Notes under the pieces: model-generated | What the model was told of the DNA's origin: nothing | Databases searched by the model: none | Seen by the model: the letters and a program-made list of their open reading frames with translations, nothing else | Shown: in pieces, positions 11,164-21,572 of the stretch | How positions within the stretch are numbered: position 1 is the stretch's first letter | Layout of the letters: each line of letters begins with the position of its first letter | Made by a program: the position numbers and the translations under genes | IMG/VR virus record: IMGVR_UViG_3300001097_000002 | Coordinates: 1-64,000 of that record | Length of the DNA: 64,000 bases | Source of the DNA: a virus | Direction: 5' to 3' (one strand)

Positions 11164-11352
11164 TTATATTATGTAAAAATTCACACAGTTAATTACCAGT
11201 GTAAGAATACAAAGTATAATGGATGTCATCAGAACATACTTATATTCATCATTATCTTTTAAACTAGTGTGTTTTACAGTTACTCTTAACCATGTTGTTA
11301 ATAATAGAACTATTAACGTTGGTATTATTGTCATAATTTCAATTATTTGCAT
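11164..11352 (-). CDS. Small two-TM membrane protein
   Basis: Two hydrophobic helices; GTAAATA and an AAAGG RBS upstream. Confidence 0.5.
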   Translation of the reverse strand: MQIIEIMTIIPTLIVLLLTTWLRVTVKHTSLKDNDEYKYVLMTSIILCILTLVINCVNFYII

Positions 11353-11440
11353 ATTGTAACCTTTTGATAATATTTTTATTTACTTACTATATATTTTTAT
11401 GCTAGTATTAACTTACAATAAACATTTGAGGTATTAAATT

Positions 11441-11593
11441 ATGATTGGTGCAATATTTAAATTCTTTATGAACATGATTATCACGTTTATCGGTATTATA
11501 TTCTTACTGTTTTTCTTTGCGGCAGTATGGGTCGAGGAACAAGAAGCAAAAAAACATACTGATGAAACTAGTGTTATAGTGGATAATGAGTAA
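11441..11593 (+). CDS. 50-aa single-TM protein (not in ORF track)
   Basis: GAGG RBS; MIGAIFKFFMNMIITFIGIIFLLFFFAAVWVEEQEAKK…. Confidence 0.6.
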   Translation: MIGAIFKFFMNMIITFIGIIFLLFFFAAVWVEEQEAKKHTDETSVIVDNE

Positions 11594-11620
11594 TATTAAA
11601 CTAGATGTATTAAGTAATAA

Positions 11621-11900
11621 TTCGACGCGAGCGTCTTCATCTTGCTTCGCATATCTAACTGCTGTCATATTAACTAACCAACTAACTAACTAACCAACTA
11701 TTGGCACTTAACATTTGAGAGTGACCATACTTCTATACTATAAAACATTATACTATTTGGTTATGCTAGATACTTATATTATCAAACACACATAACATAT
11801 ATATATCCCGGAGGCATAGGGTATAGAGAATTTCTTAAGCATATTGTATAAATGATAGAATAACACCCCTGTCAAGCATTGTCAAGTAAAGATTTGTAAT
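11621..11900 (-). repeat. Copy A of long dispersed inverted repeat (partner at 51525..51846)
   Basis: 11794-11900 is the reverse complement of 51525-51631 with 1 mismatch. 11699-11766 is the exact reverse complement of 51662-51729. Both share a distal GCGAAGC…ATGAAGA-hairpin-CGAAT motif. Confidence 0.95.
11774..11842 (-). CDS. Putative 22-aa micropeptide MLKKFSIPYASGIYICYVCLII
   Basis: Aligned differences from the copy at 51583 are synonymous or conservative apart from the last 1-2 residues. No SD sequence; lies just downstream of a sigma70-like promoter. Confidence 0.4.
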   Translation of the reverse strand: MLKKFSIPYASGIYICYVCLII

Positions 11901-12472
11901 TAAATTATTATCAACTATTTTATTATATTTTCTTTACATCATATGATTTGTTTGCTATAGTTAAGAAGTAAAGCAATATCGCATTACATTTATTTTATTA
12001 TTGGAGTTAAAAATATGAGCGTTTATGAAGTGGTTAATAACTATAATGGCTTTATACAAGAACTATTTAAAAACGGGTTTTATCCTTTTACTAACATGTC
12101 GAAAGATAAAATTGATGATAAACATTTTTACCGATTTGGAGCGGTTGGCTTTATTGAGCGTGATAACGAACTTTATTCAGTATATATTTCCTTGCATAAC
12201 AGTACGGTTACTGGTGAGCCAGACTCAGTATTCATGTTTGAATATCCTGTTAATCAATATGGTCCTAGTCGTAAAGTACGTAAGGCTCATGTTAATCATT
12301 TAGGCCAATTAGCAAGTGAAGTTGTAAAAATGTTTGACCTCGTTAAATTAAATGTCGGGTTTAATAATATGGAGTTCATTACTTTTGAGCGCGTTGATAG
12401 TGCCATATTCAAAGATGATTATGGTGTATTACACAACAAACCGATTATGTATTGTGAACAAGAAATAACTCA

Positions 12473-12979
12473 TTAAGTTTTAGCATTATCCTTATTCCAA
12501 ATAGTTACTGTGTCATCATCTTTATAGCGCGGGACTATGTGGACATGTAAATGGAATACGGTCTGGTCAGCATCCGCGCCTTTATTAACAATTAAATTAT
12601 AGTGTTTATAACCAGTTTCGTCTGCAATGGTTGATGCTAATTCAAACGCCACACCTGTTATGTGAGATTCTGTGCTTGCATCGTCAACGTGTATTACTGG
12701 TATAACAAGTAAGTGACCTGGTGTAATAGGGTCAAGTGGTGTGAAAGATAAAAAGTCAATACCTTTTAGTTTGTGTTTTTCGATGTTACTTGCTTCTATT
12801 TTTGAGTGGTCGCAAAACACACAATCCTTTTTTACAGGCGCTGCCTTTACTTCATCAACTGTTAAGAACTTTTTATTATATTCAGATTTGACCATATCGT
12901 CAAATATCTTGATACCACCTCCATCAAAAAGACCAGTACCTTTTTTCTCATTTAGAAACTCGTTAAAATTCATCATCAT
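12473..12979 (-). CDS. HIT-family nucleotide hydrolase with N-terminal capsid-targeting-like tag
   Basis: CVFC, PGHLLVIP and QTVFHLHVHIVPR (histidine triad). N-terminus MNFNEFLNE. Confidence 0.9.
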   Translation of the reverse strand: MMMNFNEFLNEKKGTGLFDGGGIKIFDDMVKSEYNKKFLTVDEVKAAPVKKDCVFCDHSKIEASNIEKHKLKGIDFLSFTPLDPITPGHLLVIPVIHVDDASTESHITGVAFELASTIADETGYKHYNLIVNKGADADQTVFHLHVHIVPRYKDDDTVTIWNKDNAKT

Positions 12980-13371
12980 TTGCTCTCATTTATTATGATT
13001 TGTTCAAACCAAAACGCTACTGGTTCGTCTGTTACTTCTACTTGATTGTATCGCTCAGCGAACTTAAAACACGTTGAGTTCTCACGTAACGATTTTATGC
13101 GGGCCGCTATTCTTTTTCTAAAATCTTCTATGGTTGAAGTGCTTTTATATATATTACAACTCGGACAGGATGGTGTCATATTCTCAAATGTGTCATTTTG
13201 CGGGTTTTTACTTTTACCTACGTCTATGCTAGTCAGCTTACCATCAACAACCTTAAACTCACACAGTCTATGTAAAGGCTTCATATGGTCAGCATGCCAA
13301 CCTTTTTGTAAATCTGTACCGCAATACGTACATTTACCACTGTACTCACGCTGTTTTTTAGATAATGCCAT
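12976..13371 (-). CDS. HNH endonuclease
   Basis: CTYCG…WHADH…NMTPSCPSCNIYKS. Confidence 0.85.
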   Translation of the reverse strand: MALSKKQREYSGKCTYCGTDLQKGWHADHMKPLHRLCEFKVVDGKLTSIDVGKSKNPQNDTFENMTPSCPSCNIYKSTSTIEDFRKRIAARIKSLRENSTCFKFAERYNQVEVTDEPVAFWFEQIIINESK

Positions 13372-13380
13372 TGTTACATC

Positions 13381-14184
13381 CTAGTTTAATTTAATAAGTG
13401 ATGCTTTGTGTGTAGATACACCACCACTTTTATATAGTGCTGAGGAACCACAGGTATTTGAAAATGAGCTACCTGTTTTTATTTTTGTTGTGCTACCAAC
13501 TTTCACACTGTAATTTTTACCAATAGTAACGTCCATGTTACCACCAACTTCCAACGTATAGTTACCTGCTATGTACTCTCTAACGTTACCACCAACCCAA
13601 ATACTTTGATTATCCGCAACAATCTCGTAGTCGTCTTTAACTGATTTACGTACAAAGTCACCGTCAGGGTAAAACTGATAGTATGTGCCGCTTTTATGTC
13701 TTACGTGAATACGTTCTGCGCCAGGTGTATCATCAATTTCTATAGTGTGGTTTGCGGTTGTTTTGGTTACTTTGTTATTTGGATATTCAGCACCATACGG
13801 ACTACCTGGCTCATAACCAATAGCGTTATTTTTGATAGTATTGGTGCCTCTACTCAATTCACTAACATCTAATTTGTCGTCAGTCTTAGCAGGGAAACTA
13901 AACAGCACCATTGGCACGTTGTTAGCTTTACCATCAACAAAAAATCCAACAATTTGACTACCAACCACGAGCGCGTGCGGAAGTGTACCAAGTTCACTTG
14001 TACTTGCGCTGTCAGTAGAGTTTGCTACAATAGCCCAAGGTAGTTTTTCTTTATTCACTGTCCCTTCAGCAGAATGCTTCCCAAACACTTGTACTTTTAC
14101 ACGACCTGATTCTAAAGGGTCCATTATATCAACAACTTCACCCATAAACCAGTGAAATTGTCCAAAACCAAATTCGTTATTCAT
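13381..14184 (-). CDS. gp5: Baseplate central spike (gp5-like), no lysozyme domain
   Basis: OB-fold WFMGEVVD.MDPL..GRVKV, YP.NKV…HTIEIDDTPGAERIH..H.SG, and VGGN beta-helix repeats. Confidence 0.9.
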   Translation of the reverse strand: MNNEFGFGQFHWFMGEVVDIMDPLESGRVKVQVFGKHSAEGTVNKEKLPWAIVANSTDSASTSELGTLPHALVVGSQIVGFFVDGKANNVPMVLFSFPAKTDDKLDVSELSRGTNTIKNNAIGYEPGSPYGAEYPNNKVTKTTANHTIEIDDTPGAERIHVRHKSGTYYQFYPDGDFVRKSVKDDYEIVADNQSIWVGGNVREYIAGNYTLEVGGNMDVTIGKNYSVKVGSTTKIKTGSSFSNTCGSSALYKSGGVSTHKASLIKLN

Positions 14185-14258
14185 ATATAGATTTCTCTTG
14201 TAAAGTGTGTATGTATCATATATAATATTTACTAACGTAAACTATTGGAGTAATTATT

Positions 14259-14552
14259 ATGAAAGATATATTAACAGAGCATTGCATAAGTCAAGATAGT
14301 TCTATTACTATTAAAGGCACAGACTGTTTAACAATATATATGTTCGTGGTGCACGGGTATGATGATACGTCATCATTAAAAATTGTTATTCATGATGCTT
14401 CATATGACACGGATATATACGACGAAATTGTTAGTGATAATGTTAAAGACATTCGCGATTTTATGAATAAATCATATCCACTAACATTAAAAGAAATTAT
14501 TAAGGCATCAGTTGTTTCTTTAAAAACAATGATTATACGTAAGCCTTTATAA
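14259..14552 (+). CDS. Hypothetical protein, paralog of 15393..15689
   Basis: Shared YDE..S.N…IRDFMNK.YPL…VVSLK.M. Confidence 0.7.
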   Translation: MKDILTEHCISQDSSITIKGTDCLTIYMFVVHGYDDTSSLKIVIHDASYDTDIYDEIVSDNVKDIRDFMNKSYPLTLKEIIKASVVSLKTMIIRKPL

Positions 14553-15392
14553 CTGGAATAAAAGTATGAGTGACTTTATGTTAAGCGGAACAGTAAAAAG
14601 TAAAAAACTTAGAACGTTTAGAGTAACAACCAATGATGATTGCGAAGGTAAAACATCAAAACATATTGGTTATTTTAAAGCGTTTAGTTTAGAACAGATA
14701 GCAGAATACATTGTGGAAAACGATATACAATATACCTATGATTATTACATTGACACAGTAGACGTAATTGACGTATCACACAATGAAGTAATATATGTTG
14801 CATCAGCAGTCCGCGGACGATATGGTAGAATAGATGTTGTGATACGTGAGAGTTTAAAAAAAGAATACCAAGCCACTAAAGGTTTAGCAAAATTAACAGT
14901 GGACGAGAAAAAGGCGCTGGGTCTTTAGTATTGTTTGCAATATACGTGTATATGTGTTACTATTATATCAGTTAGTTAAATTTACTTAAACTATTGGAGT
15001 TATTATGTCGTATTCAATTCATCAGTTAGAAAATATGGACAACCTTGAGTTATTAACTTTAAGCGAGCATAACCCTGATGATAAAAATATTCAGAAGGCT
15101 ATTGCTTATAAGTTTGCTGAGTTAGTCAATAACCAACGTGACTCAGTACCTTTACCTCATTTAAAGTATCTTTAACTCGTGGTAAAATCACAATTCCCAG
15201 CAGAAGACTTTTTAGAGGACACGATGTCAATCACTAGACTGTTGACAGATAAATCAACATTAAAAAAAGATATGGTTGTTTATGCAGAGGGGTTAAGGGA
15301 TGCCTTGAGAAGTATACAGGATGAGCAAGTAGGGTCAACCGAATATGCTTACGAAGTGGCTAATAATGTTGAAAACTATTAAGGTATAACTA

Positions 15393-15689
15393 ATGAAAAA
15401 CAATATCAAAAGCGAGAACAACAATACCCGTTTTAATTCATTATCTATTGGATGTGAGGATACGTTGCAACTTGATATGTATGTCACACACGAGCATGAT
15501 AATGAAAGTAATTTTCAAATTCAAATATACGATAAAGTGTATCAGGATATTTTATATGATGAAATGTTATCAGAAAACGCACGTAATATCCGTGATTTTA
15601 TGAATAAGGCATATCCACTATCGTTTCGCGAAGTTGTAGGTGTAGCAGTCGTTTCACTAAAATCAATGGTTGCGCTGAGGGGTTTATAA
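15393..15689 (+). CDS. Hypothetical protein, paralog of 14259..14552
   Basis: IRDFMNKAYPL block shared with 14259..14552. Confidence 0.7.
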   Translation: MKNNIKSENNNTRFNSLSIGCEDTLQLDMYVTHEHDNESNFQIQIYDKVYQDILYDEMLSENARNIRDFMNKAYPLSFREVVGVAVVSLKSMVALRGL

Positions 15690-17113
15690 TGAGTCTTTTT
15701 GAAGAAAGTAACAAGGTATTCTGCCTCTCGGAACCATTGATTTTTGGCATGCGTAAGGAAACCATATCAACAGAAGGCTTACTATGAAACATTTTTTTAT
15801 AACTACTAAAATAGAGGGTAATGTCAGTATTGAGGAACACGGACGATATGAATTTTATGGCAACAAGGACGTAAAATACACACTAAACAGCGCTAAAAAA
15901 GAATACTTAACTCGATTAAAAACACTGTCAAATGAGCTAATTCAAGCCATAGACTACATTGAGAACGATGAAGGTGCATACATACCACCGGTACTATTAA
16001 AGTCGCAACATGGCTGTAATAACCAGGATATTGATGATATGTGTAACACAACGACCTTTAGCGAAATAGGATAATAGTATGTCAAATGTAAGAGATAGTA
16101 TAGTAACCGATATTGACCACGATTTATATATATTAAGAGACAAGTTAAAGCAGGAAGACGATAATGATTATATTGCATTCATGCGTGGTAAATAGCAGCG
16201 CTTGATACTTTACGCACAAATATATTAAACGAATATTAAAGGACAAAACATGTACACTGAATCGGATTTTTTATTATTGGATATCGAACATCAACTATCA
16301 ATAGTACATAATTTATTACAAGAAGAAGAAGATGTAGTACGAATTTCATTTTTGCGAGGTAGATTGGACGCATATGAACAGATGCAACGCACGGTGTTAC
16401 GCAAATATCAAGTTTAATTTGACAACTTTATAGTATACAGTTACAGTTACTACCTATTAAGACATTTAACTACCGAAATCATTGGAGTTATTATGAAAAA
16501 TACAATTACTAATATTATGGACCCGTACTATACTTGTGCTGATGGTTTAGCTATACTTTTAAAAATTAGAGATGAATTAAGCGGTATGTATAATAGTGTT
16601 AACTCTGCTAAGATTTGGCAAAATGTAGAAAACCGCATTATAGAAACCGTATCAGAAGACGAATGGTTTATTATTGGTTGTCTATTGTTTAATGATGACC
16701 TAACCGACGATGAATTGTATAATGAATTTTTTAATACGGGTCATTACAACGGTATGGTAGAATTTATCGCCAATCCTGACGTTGTAATGGAACAAGTTTT
16801 TAATATTGTCGGTCACGGATAATTATTGGAGTTTATTATGAAATTTTTAGAAAGTTACTTTGTTATCGTCACTGGTTCAGAAGACGAGCGTTACGTCATT
16901 GTTGACAACAATGGACATTATGATTTATGTTCGCTCATACCTTGTGATTTAAGGTTTGAAAAGTTGAGTGACGCATATAAGTTATTACTTGATATTAATA
17001 ATTCTAACATGTTCGATTTTACAACATTAAGAATTGTACAAGTATCATCAAATATTGTACCATTATAGATTGCTGCCAGTGTTTAGTATCAATGGTAACT
17101 ATAAGGATTTAAC

Positions 17114-17518
17114 ATGAAACATGCAGTATGTGTATTAATTGTAGATGATAACGGCGAAGTGTTATGCGTCTCACGTAAAGATGATTTGATGGATTGGGGT
17201 TTGCCTGGTGGTAAACTTGATGATGGTGAAATGTCAGTCGTAGGAGCCATTAGAGAAACTGCTGAAGAAACTGGTCACAAAATAGTCATTGATAATATCG
17301 ATGAGTATTTTATTGGACGCTGTGGTGATTATAATGTTATAACATATAGAGCAAGCATAGTTGAATATGACTTCATTAAAATCTCACAAAAAGAAACTGG
17401 TGCAGTTGCGTTTCTTGACCCAAGTTATTTATTAAATGGCTCTTTTCGTAAATATAACGAATATTGCTTGTCATTTTTTAATGTTAAAACAAAAGAGGTA
17501 TATGATGAAACAGATTGA
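17114..17518 (+). CDS. Nudix hydrolase
   Basis: Nudix box WGLPGGKLDDGEMSVVGAIRETAEETG. Confidence 0.92.
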   Translation: MKHAVCVLIVDDNGEVLCVSRKDDLMDWGLPGGKLDDGEMSVVGAIRETAEETGHKIVIDNIDEYFIGRCGDYNVITYRASIVEYDFIKISQKETGAVAFLDPSYLLNGSFRKYNEYCLSFFNVKTKEVYDETD

Positions 17519-17676
17519 CACTAATCCAGTTAAGCGTAATATGGACAAAATGCATAAACCAGTTGAGCATAGAGATAAGAAAAAAGATGCTAAACGAGGT
17601 TATATTAAGAATCAAAAGTAGTAATAGTTAAGTGTTTTTATGTTATACTAAATACATATTCAAACACTACTAGGAT

Positions 17677-18156
17677 ATGACAATGATTACATTTAGAGAG
17701 TTTTTAAACGAGGGTACTGATAACCACCCATTTTTCATGCATGATGTTTTGATTCCACATAAAGCTAAATATGATATAATCAAGGCGGATGGTACACTTA
17801 CTAACCCTAAAGATTTGGGATGGGGTAGTCCCAATTTGACTGCTAGTGACATGCCTTATTACATTGGTACTATTGGATACCGAGTTGTCGGAAAAGAGGT
17901 AGGATACGAGTTATTCGAATTAAATGATTATGACAAAAAAGAATTTGGTAGTAGTAATGTATTTATGGTGTCTGGTGAAAGAATGATACATCAAACCCGC
18001 ACTATTGTTAAAATCAAAGGTCAAAAAATATATTTCATCGACAATGAAGCTTATGAGAATGGTGAAATAAAGTTTGAAAGTAGAGGTAATAATATTGTTC
18101 GTATTAGACTTAAAAACGAGAAGTATAATAAAAAAATCGCTGATATGGTAAGTTAA
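17677..18156 (+). CDS. Putative internal head protein (capsid-targeting tag)
   Basis: MITFREFLNE N-terminus; ACTAAATA late-type promoter at about 17647. Confidence 0.6.
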   Translation: MTMITFREFLNEGTDNHPFFMHDVLIPHKAKYDIIKADGTLTNPKDLGWGSPNLTASDMPYYIGTIGYRVVGKEVGYELFELNDYDKKEFGSSNVFMVSGERMIHQTRTIVKIKGQKIYFIDNEAYENGEIKFESRGNNIVRIRLKNEKYNKKIADMVS

Positions 18157-18177
18157 CAGTACAGTTACAATTACAAC

Positions 18178-18300
18178 TTGACCTTACCTATGTATGTTGC
18201 TATAATGTTTATGTAGGTTGGGAAAAGAGGTGTTTATTGCCACTCAACAAACAAACAAACAAACAAACAAACAATTAATTATATTATTGGAGTTTATGTT
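18178..18300 (+). promoter_or_regulatory. Early sigma70-like promoter cassette with GTAGGTTGGGA leader and (AAAC)n tract; inverted homolog at 32170..32270
   Basis: TTGACC-17-TATAAT with TG extension. About 39 nt (TTGCTATAAT…GGTGTTTA) are identical to the minus-strand copy. Ends in the TATTGGAG RBS. Confidence 0.8.
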
Positions 18301-18800
18301 ATGAATATGTCAGAAATGAATTCAACACCATTTTTTAACTATGCATTACGTCCGGATATTGAGCCAGAAGCGCTCAGTTCAGACCACGAGAAAGCAGACG
18401 CGCTTAAAAAACTAGTACGTAAGCAAAAATCGGTTTTCTGTTTTGTTGGTGATAGTGAAAAGCTTGTAATAATTGTTGGTTGTAAGAACAGAACTAGTAA
18501 CGATGACATTGACCTTTTTACTAGTAAAGATGACGATGGTTGGACAGTTAATCAACTTCAGCCTATCATTGAGTAATTAATAGGAGGTCATATAAGCGTT
18601 GGTAAAAGTTGTATTGTTTCTGATGCAATATATGATTGGTTTAACAATAAACGCGAGTATTATATTTTTAACTAATTATAACAGGATTTATATTATAATT
18701 TTACTTTATTATTAAGTCTAAGTAACGATATACCTGCACCAATCAAGTGCAATGAAGAATATCCTGAAACATGGTTTAATCATACACTTGTTAAATACTC

Positions 18801-18903
18801 GAGGCTGGTAGCATGGTTTAAAGAACATGCTGTGTTAATTGATAGTAACTTTGAAAATGACGGTGAATGTCATTTGGGGTTCGACTCCCACGCAAGCCGC
18901 CCA
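18801..18903 (+). pseudogene. Degenerate tRNA-like element (long variable arm, Ser/Leu-type)
   Basis: T-arm TGGGGTTCGACTCCCA, variable arm AATGAC…GTCATT and 3' CCA. Acceptor stem mismatched and anticodon loop irregular. Confidence 0.5.
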
Positions 18904-19160
18904 TATTTAAGTTGTAATATAGTTGACAAGGTATATTATTTTTGTTATACTATTTTAGTAAGTTAGAAGTTTAGCAGTTAATTATATTATTGGGAGTTTA
19001 TTATGTCAAAAGAAATAACGTACGGTTACTTTTTTCTACTTGGTGGATTGACTAATCCTAAATGTAGTACACGGTCTGTTTATAATGGCGATGTGTATAT
19101 GTACAGAAGATATTTTAAAATGTTTGATATTATTGCGTAAATACAATTAAAAAAAATCAT

Positions 19161-19238
19161 GTGCCCTTAGTTTAGCGGTCTAAAACACACAGCTCATAAC
19201 TGTCGAGAGCGTGAGTTCAAATCTCACAGGGCGCACCA
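19161..19238 (+). tRNA. tRNA with CAT anticodon (Met or lysidine-Ile2)
   Basis: Acceptor GTGCCCT/AGGGCGC, anticodon loop CTCATAA, GTTCAAATC, encoded CCA. Confidence 0.9.
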
Positions 19239-19598
19239 TATATTTATATTATTGGAGTTACTAATGAAAGATTTATTATTAGAAGTAATGAAGCTCAATA
19301 AAAATAACAAACACTGGACTAAAGTGTTTACAACAGAACATCCTATGTTGTATCTATTCTCACAAAACTATTACATTAAGGTTTATGAGAAAGATAGTGA
19401 TACCGCGATACTTGGCGCTATAAGTACAATTAACGATAAGTTGTTAGACACTATACATTGCCATACGGATGTAGACGCTGTAAATACAACTATAACAGTG
19501 CTTGTACATAGACAAAAAAGTATGTTATGATAAGCATATCAATTAGATGTTAAATTAATTTTTATATATTATAGTAAGTACAAGTAAAAAAAGAATAT

Positions 19599-19686
19599 GG
19601 AAGTCAGGCGAATACGGTTTGTCGCACCGGACTGTAAATCCGGCACTCACCATAGTATTTGGGTTCGAATCCCAAGGCTTCCACCA
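19599..19686 (+). tRNA. tRNA-Tyr(GTA)
   Basis: CCGGA-CTGTAAA-TCCGG anticodon arm, long variable arm, GGTTCGAATCC, CCA. Confidence 0.88.
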
Positions 19687-19690
19687 TTTA

Positions 19691-19765
19691 CGGGTCTAGC
19701 TTAATTGAATAAAGCGGCATACTATGGTGTATGTAGACATTGGTTTGATTCCAGTTACCCGACCA
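19691..19765 (+). pseudogene. Degenerate tRNA (probably Pro TGG)
   Basis: CGGGT…ACCCG-A-CCA acceptor and GGTTTGATTCC T-loop. Anticodon loop is only 6 nt (TATGGT). Confidence 0.5.
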
Positions 19766-19794
19766 CTTTTAATAATAGTAGGAGATATACAATA

Positions 19795-20162
19795 ATGAAA
19801 ACGTTTGAAGAGTATTTACAAGAAAGTAGTTCACGTGATGGGTATTTTGGTGTCCTGCCACACCAGGTGAAATACCGTTACTTGATGTTGTTCAACGCGT
19901 ATTGAGTCAAAAGAATATTGATTTTACAGTTTTTCCATCGCGTGGTCTTGGTGATACTTTTATTACAGTTGAATACACACAATATAATGAAGCGTTAGGT
20001 ATTGTTGATAAAAAACTTGCTAATTTTGAACATTTAGGTAATAAAGGTCGTGTTATTGATACCGTGGTAGTTCGCACATCGCAAGACTCACGTATTACTA
20101 ATGCTGTTTCATACACTGCTAAAAGTTCTGGTAAAGGTGTTACTAAAAAAGTAACTAAGTAA
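19795..20162 (+). pseudogene. Capsid-tagged protein gene split by a frameshift
   Basis: MKTFEEYLQE ORF stops at 19905. The -1 frame is open from about 19839 to 20162. Confidence 0.45.
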
Positions 20163-20229
20163 ATGTTTAATACGGTCATGTAGGTTAAGACTAAAGTTGC
20201 AATTGATACTTAAAATCCTACCCTAATAC

Positions 20230-20305
20230 ACTTCCATAGCTCAGTTGGTAGAGCAGTAGCCCGATAAGCTATTTGTCCCTGGTTCAAGTCCAGGTGGAAG
20301 TACCA
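20230..20305 (+). tRNA. tRNA-Ile(GAT)
   Basis: ACTTCCA/TGGAAGT acceptor, TAGC-CCGATAA-GCTA, GGTTCAAGTCC, CCA. Confidence 0.93.
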
Positions 20306-20312
20306 CTTTACA

Positions 20313-20510
20313 TAGATGTTTTAGGGATGCGTTAGTATAAGAAATCATAGTATGCGGAATAATTAACCATTACATACTAGGATTGGATATTAGGCGTTAA
20401 TGTCTGTCTGTTGTACACCAGAAACACATTAAACTTGAGCTTATTACAACATTACTATGATGGTAGTGGAGATGTTCCAATATGACGGGCACGCATCCTT
20501 AAAACATTTA
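20313..20510 (+). ncRNA. Unassigned structured RNA of about 200 nt
   Basis: 20-bp closing stem (20313-20332 / 20491-20510, two G-U pairs) enclosing several nested hairpins; directly follows tRNA-Ile. Confidence 0.6.
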
Positions 20511-20814
20511 CTTTTTATATTATTGGAGTTATATATGATTTATGTTCTACTAGTTATTTTTATTGGATTTTGTATTGCGTGTTTGGTAACTTTTATGCGT
20601 AGTGAAAGACCCTCAAAAGTTATGTGTAAAAAACATATCAGCAAACAGATTGCTAAGGTTTTGAAAAAAGAACAGAAGTTTGCCAATGCTGCTAAACGCG
20701 CTAAAAATAAAGGAGATTTTAATTTAGTAGCAGTTCATCGCTTGAATGAAAGTATCTTCTTTAAAAAGCGTAGAGAGTTAGAAAAAGATTTAGATTCAAT
20801 GATGTAACAATTAT

Positions 20815-20900
20815 GGAAGGTAAACCAACGAGGTGTTGGAGCCGCCTGCTAAGCGTACTGTCTGTAACCGGATACATTTCGATTATGTTGCCTTCCTCCA
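20815..20900 (+). tRNA. tRNA-Ser(GCT)
   Basis: GGAAGGT/GCCTTCC acceptor, CTGCTAA loop, long variable arm, CCA. T-arm somewhat atypical. Confidence 0.8.
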
Positions 20901-21148
20901 TATTTAGGATTATATTATGAACGCTCTATTGTTACACGTTAAAAAACTTGTAAATACTATCAAAAAGCGCTATGATAAAAGAATGTATTGCGTTATTACT
21001 ACGCCATTAAATACTTATAGAGGCGTTGATTATAGTTCATTACGTGTTACAGTTGATACTTTGCAATTTGACTATTACGGTGCTACTGTATACGTAAGTA
21101 ATGACACCGTTAAGATTAGTTTAATACACAACCAAAGGAAATAATATA

Positions 21149-21391
21149 ATGCTATCGTTTGAAGAATATATCAATGAAAGTAAAAGTGCAAAACTAGGTC
21201 AGGCTGACAAACTGTCAAAGGCAAATGAGTTTAAAGATGAAGTTCGTTATACTGCCACTGTTGGTGATGATGAATATGAAGTATTTGTCGCTAAGTCAAC
21301 AAGTCTTGATAAAAGTGAAACTCTAGCTACACTTAAAACTAAGAAAGTTGCTGTTAATCGCACAACAAAGAACAATATTACAGTTCGATAA
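21149..21391 (+). CDS. Putative internal head protein (capsid-targeting tag)
   Basis: MLSFEEYINE N-terminus followed by a small basic body. Confidence 0.6.
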   Translation: MLSFEEYINESKSAKLGQADKLSKANEFKDEVRYTATVGDDEYEVFVAKSTSLDKSETLATLKTKKVAVNRTTKNNITVR

Positions 21392-21398
21392 TTAATAA

Positions 21399-21474
21399 TG
21401 CTTAGTAGCTCAGTTGGTAGAGCAGTAGACTGTTAATCTATTGGTCGCAGGTTCGAGCCCTGCCTAAGCAGCCA
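21399..21474 (+). tRNA. tRNA-Asn(GTT)
   Basis: TGCTTAG/CTAAGCA acceptor, TAGA-CTGTTAA-TCTA, GGTTCGAGCCC, CCA. Confidence 0.95.
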
Positions 21475-21572
21475 TTTTAAAATTAGCTTTAGGTAACGAT
21501 GTGTATTATGTTTTAAGGCACACCCTAAGGACAATGGTTCTACTAGTCCCATGTCTCAATACTAGTAATTAC

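Noticed and set aside
11671-11700. CRISPR or mini-array in the short tandem repeats (also 18245 and 51747-51802)
   Set aside because: Units are 4-16 bp with no series of unique spacers, and no cas genes are seen.
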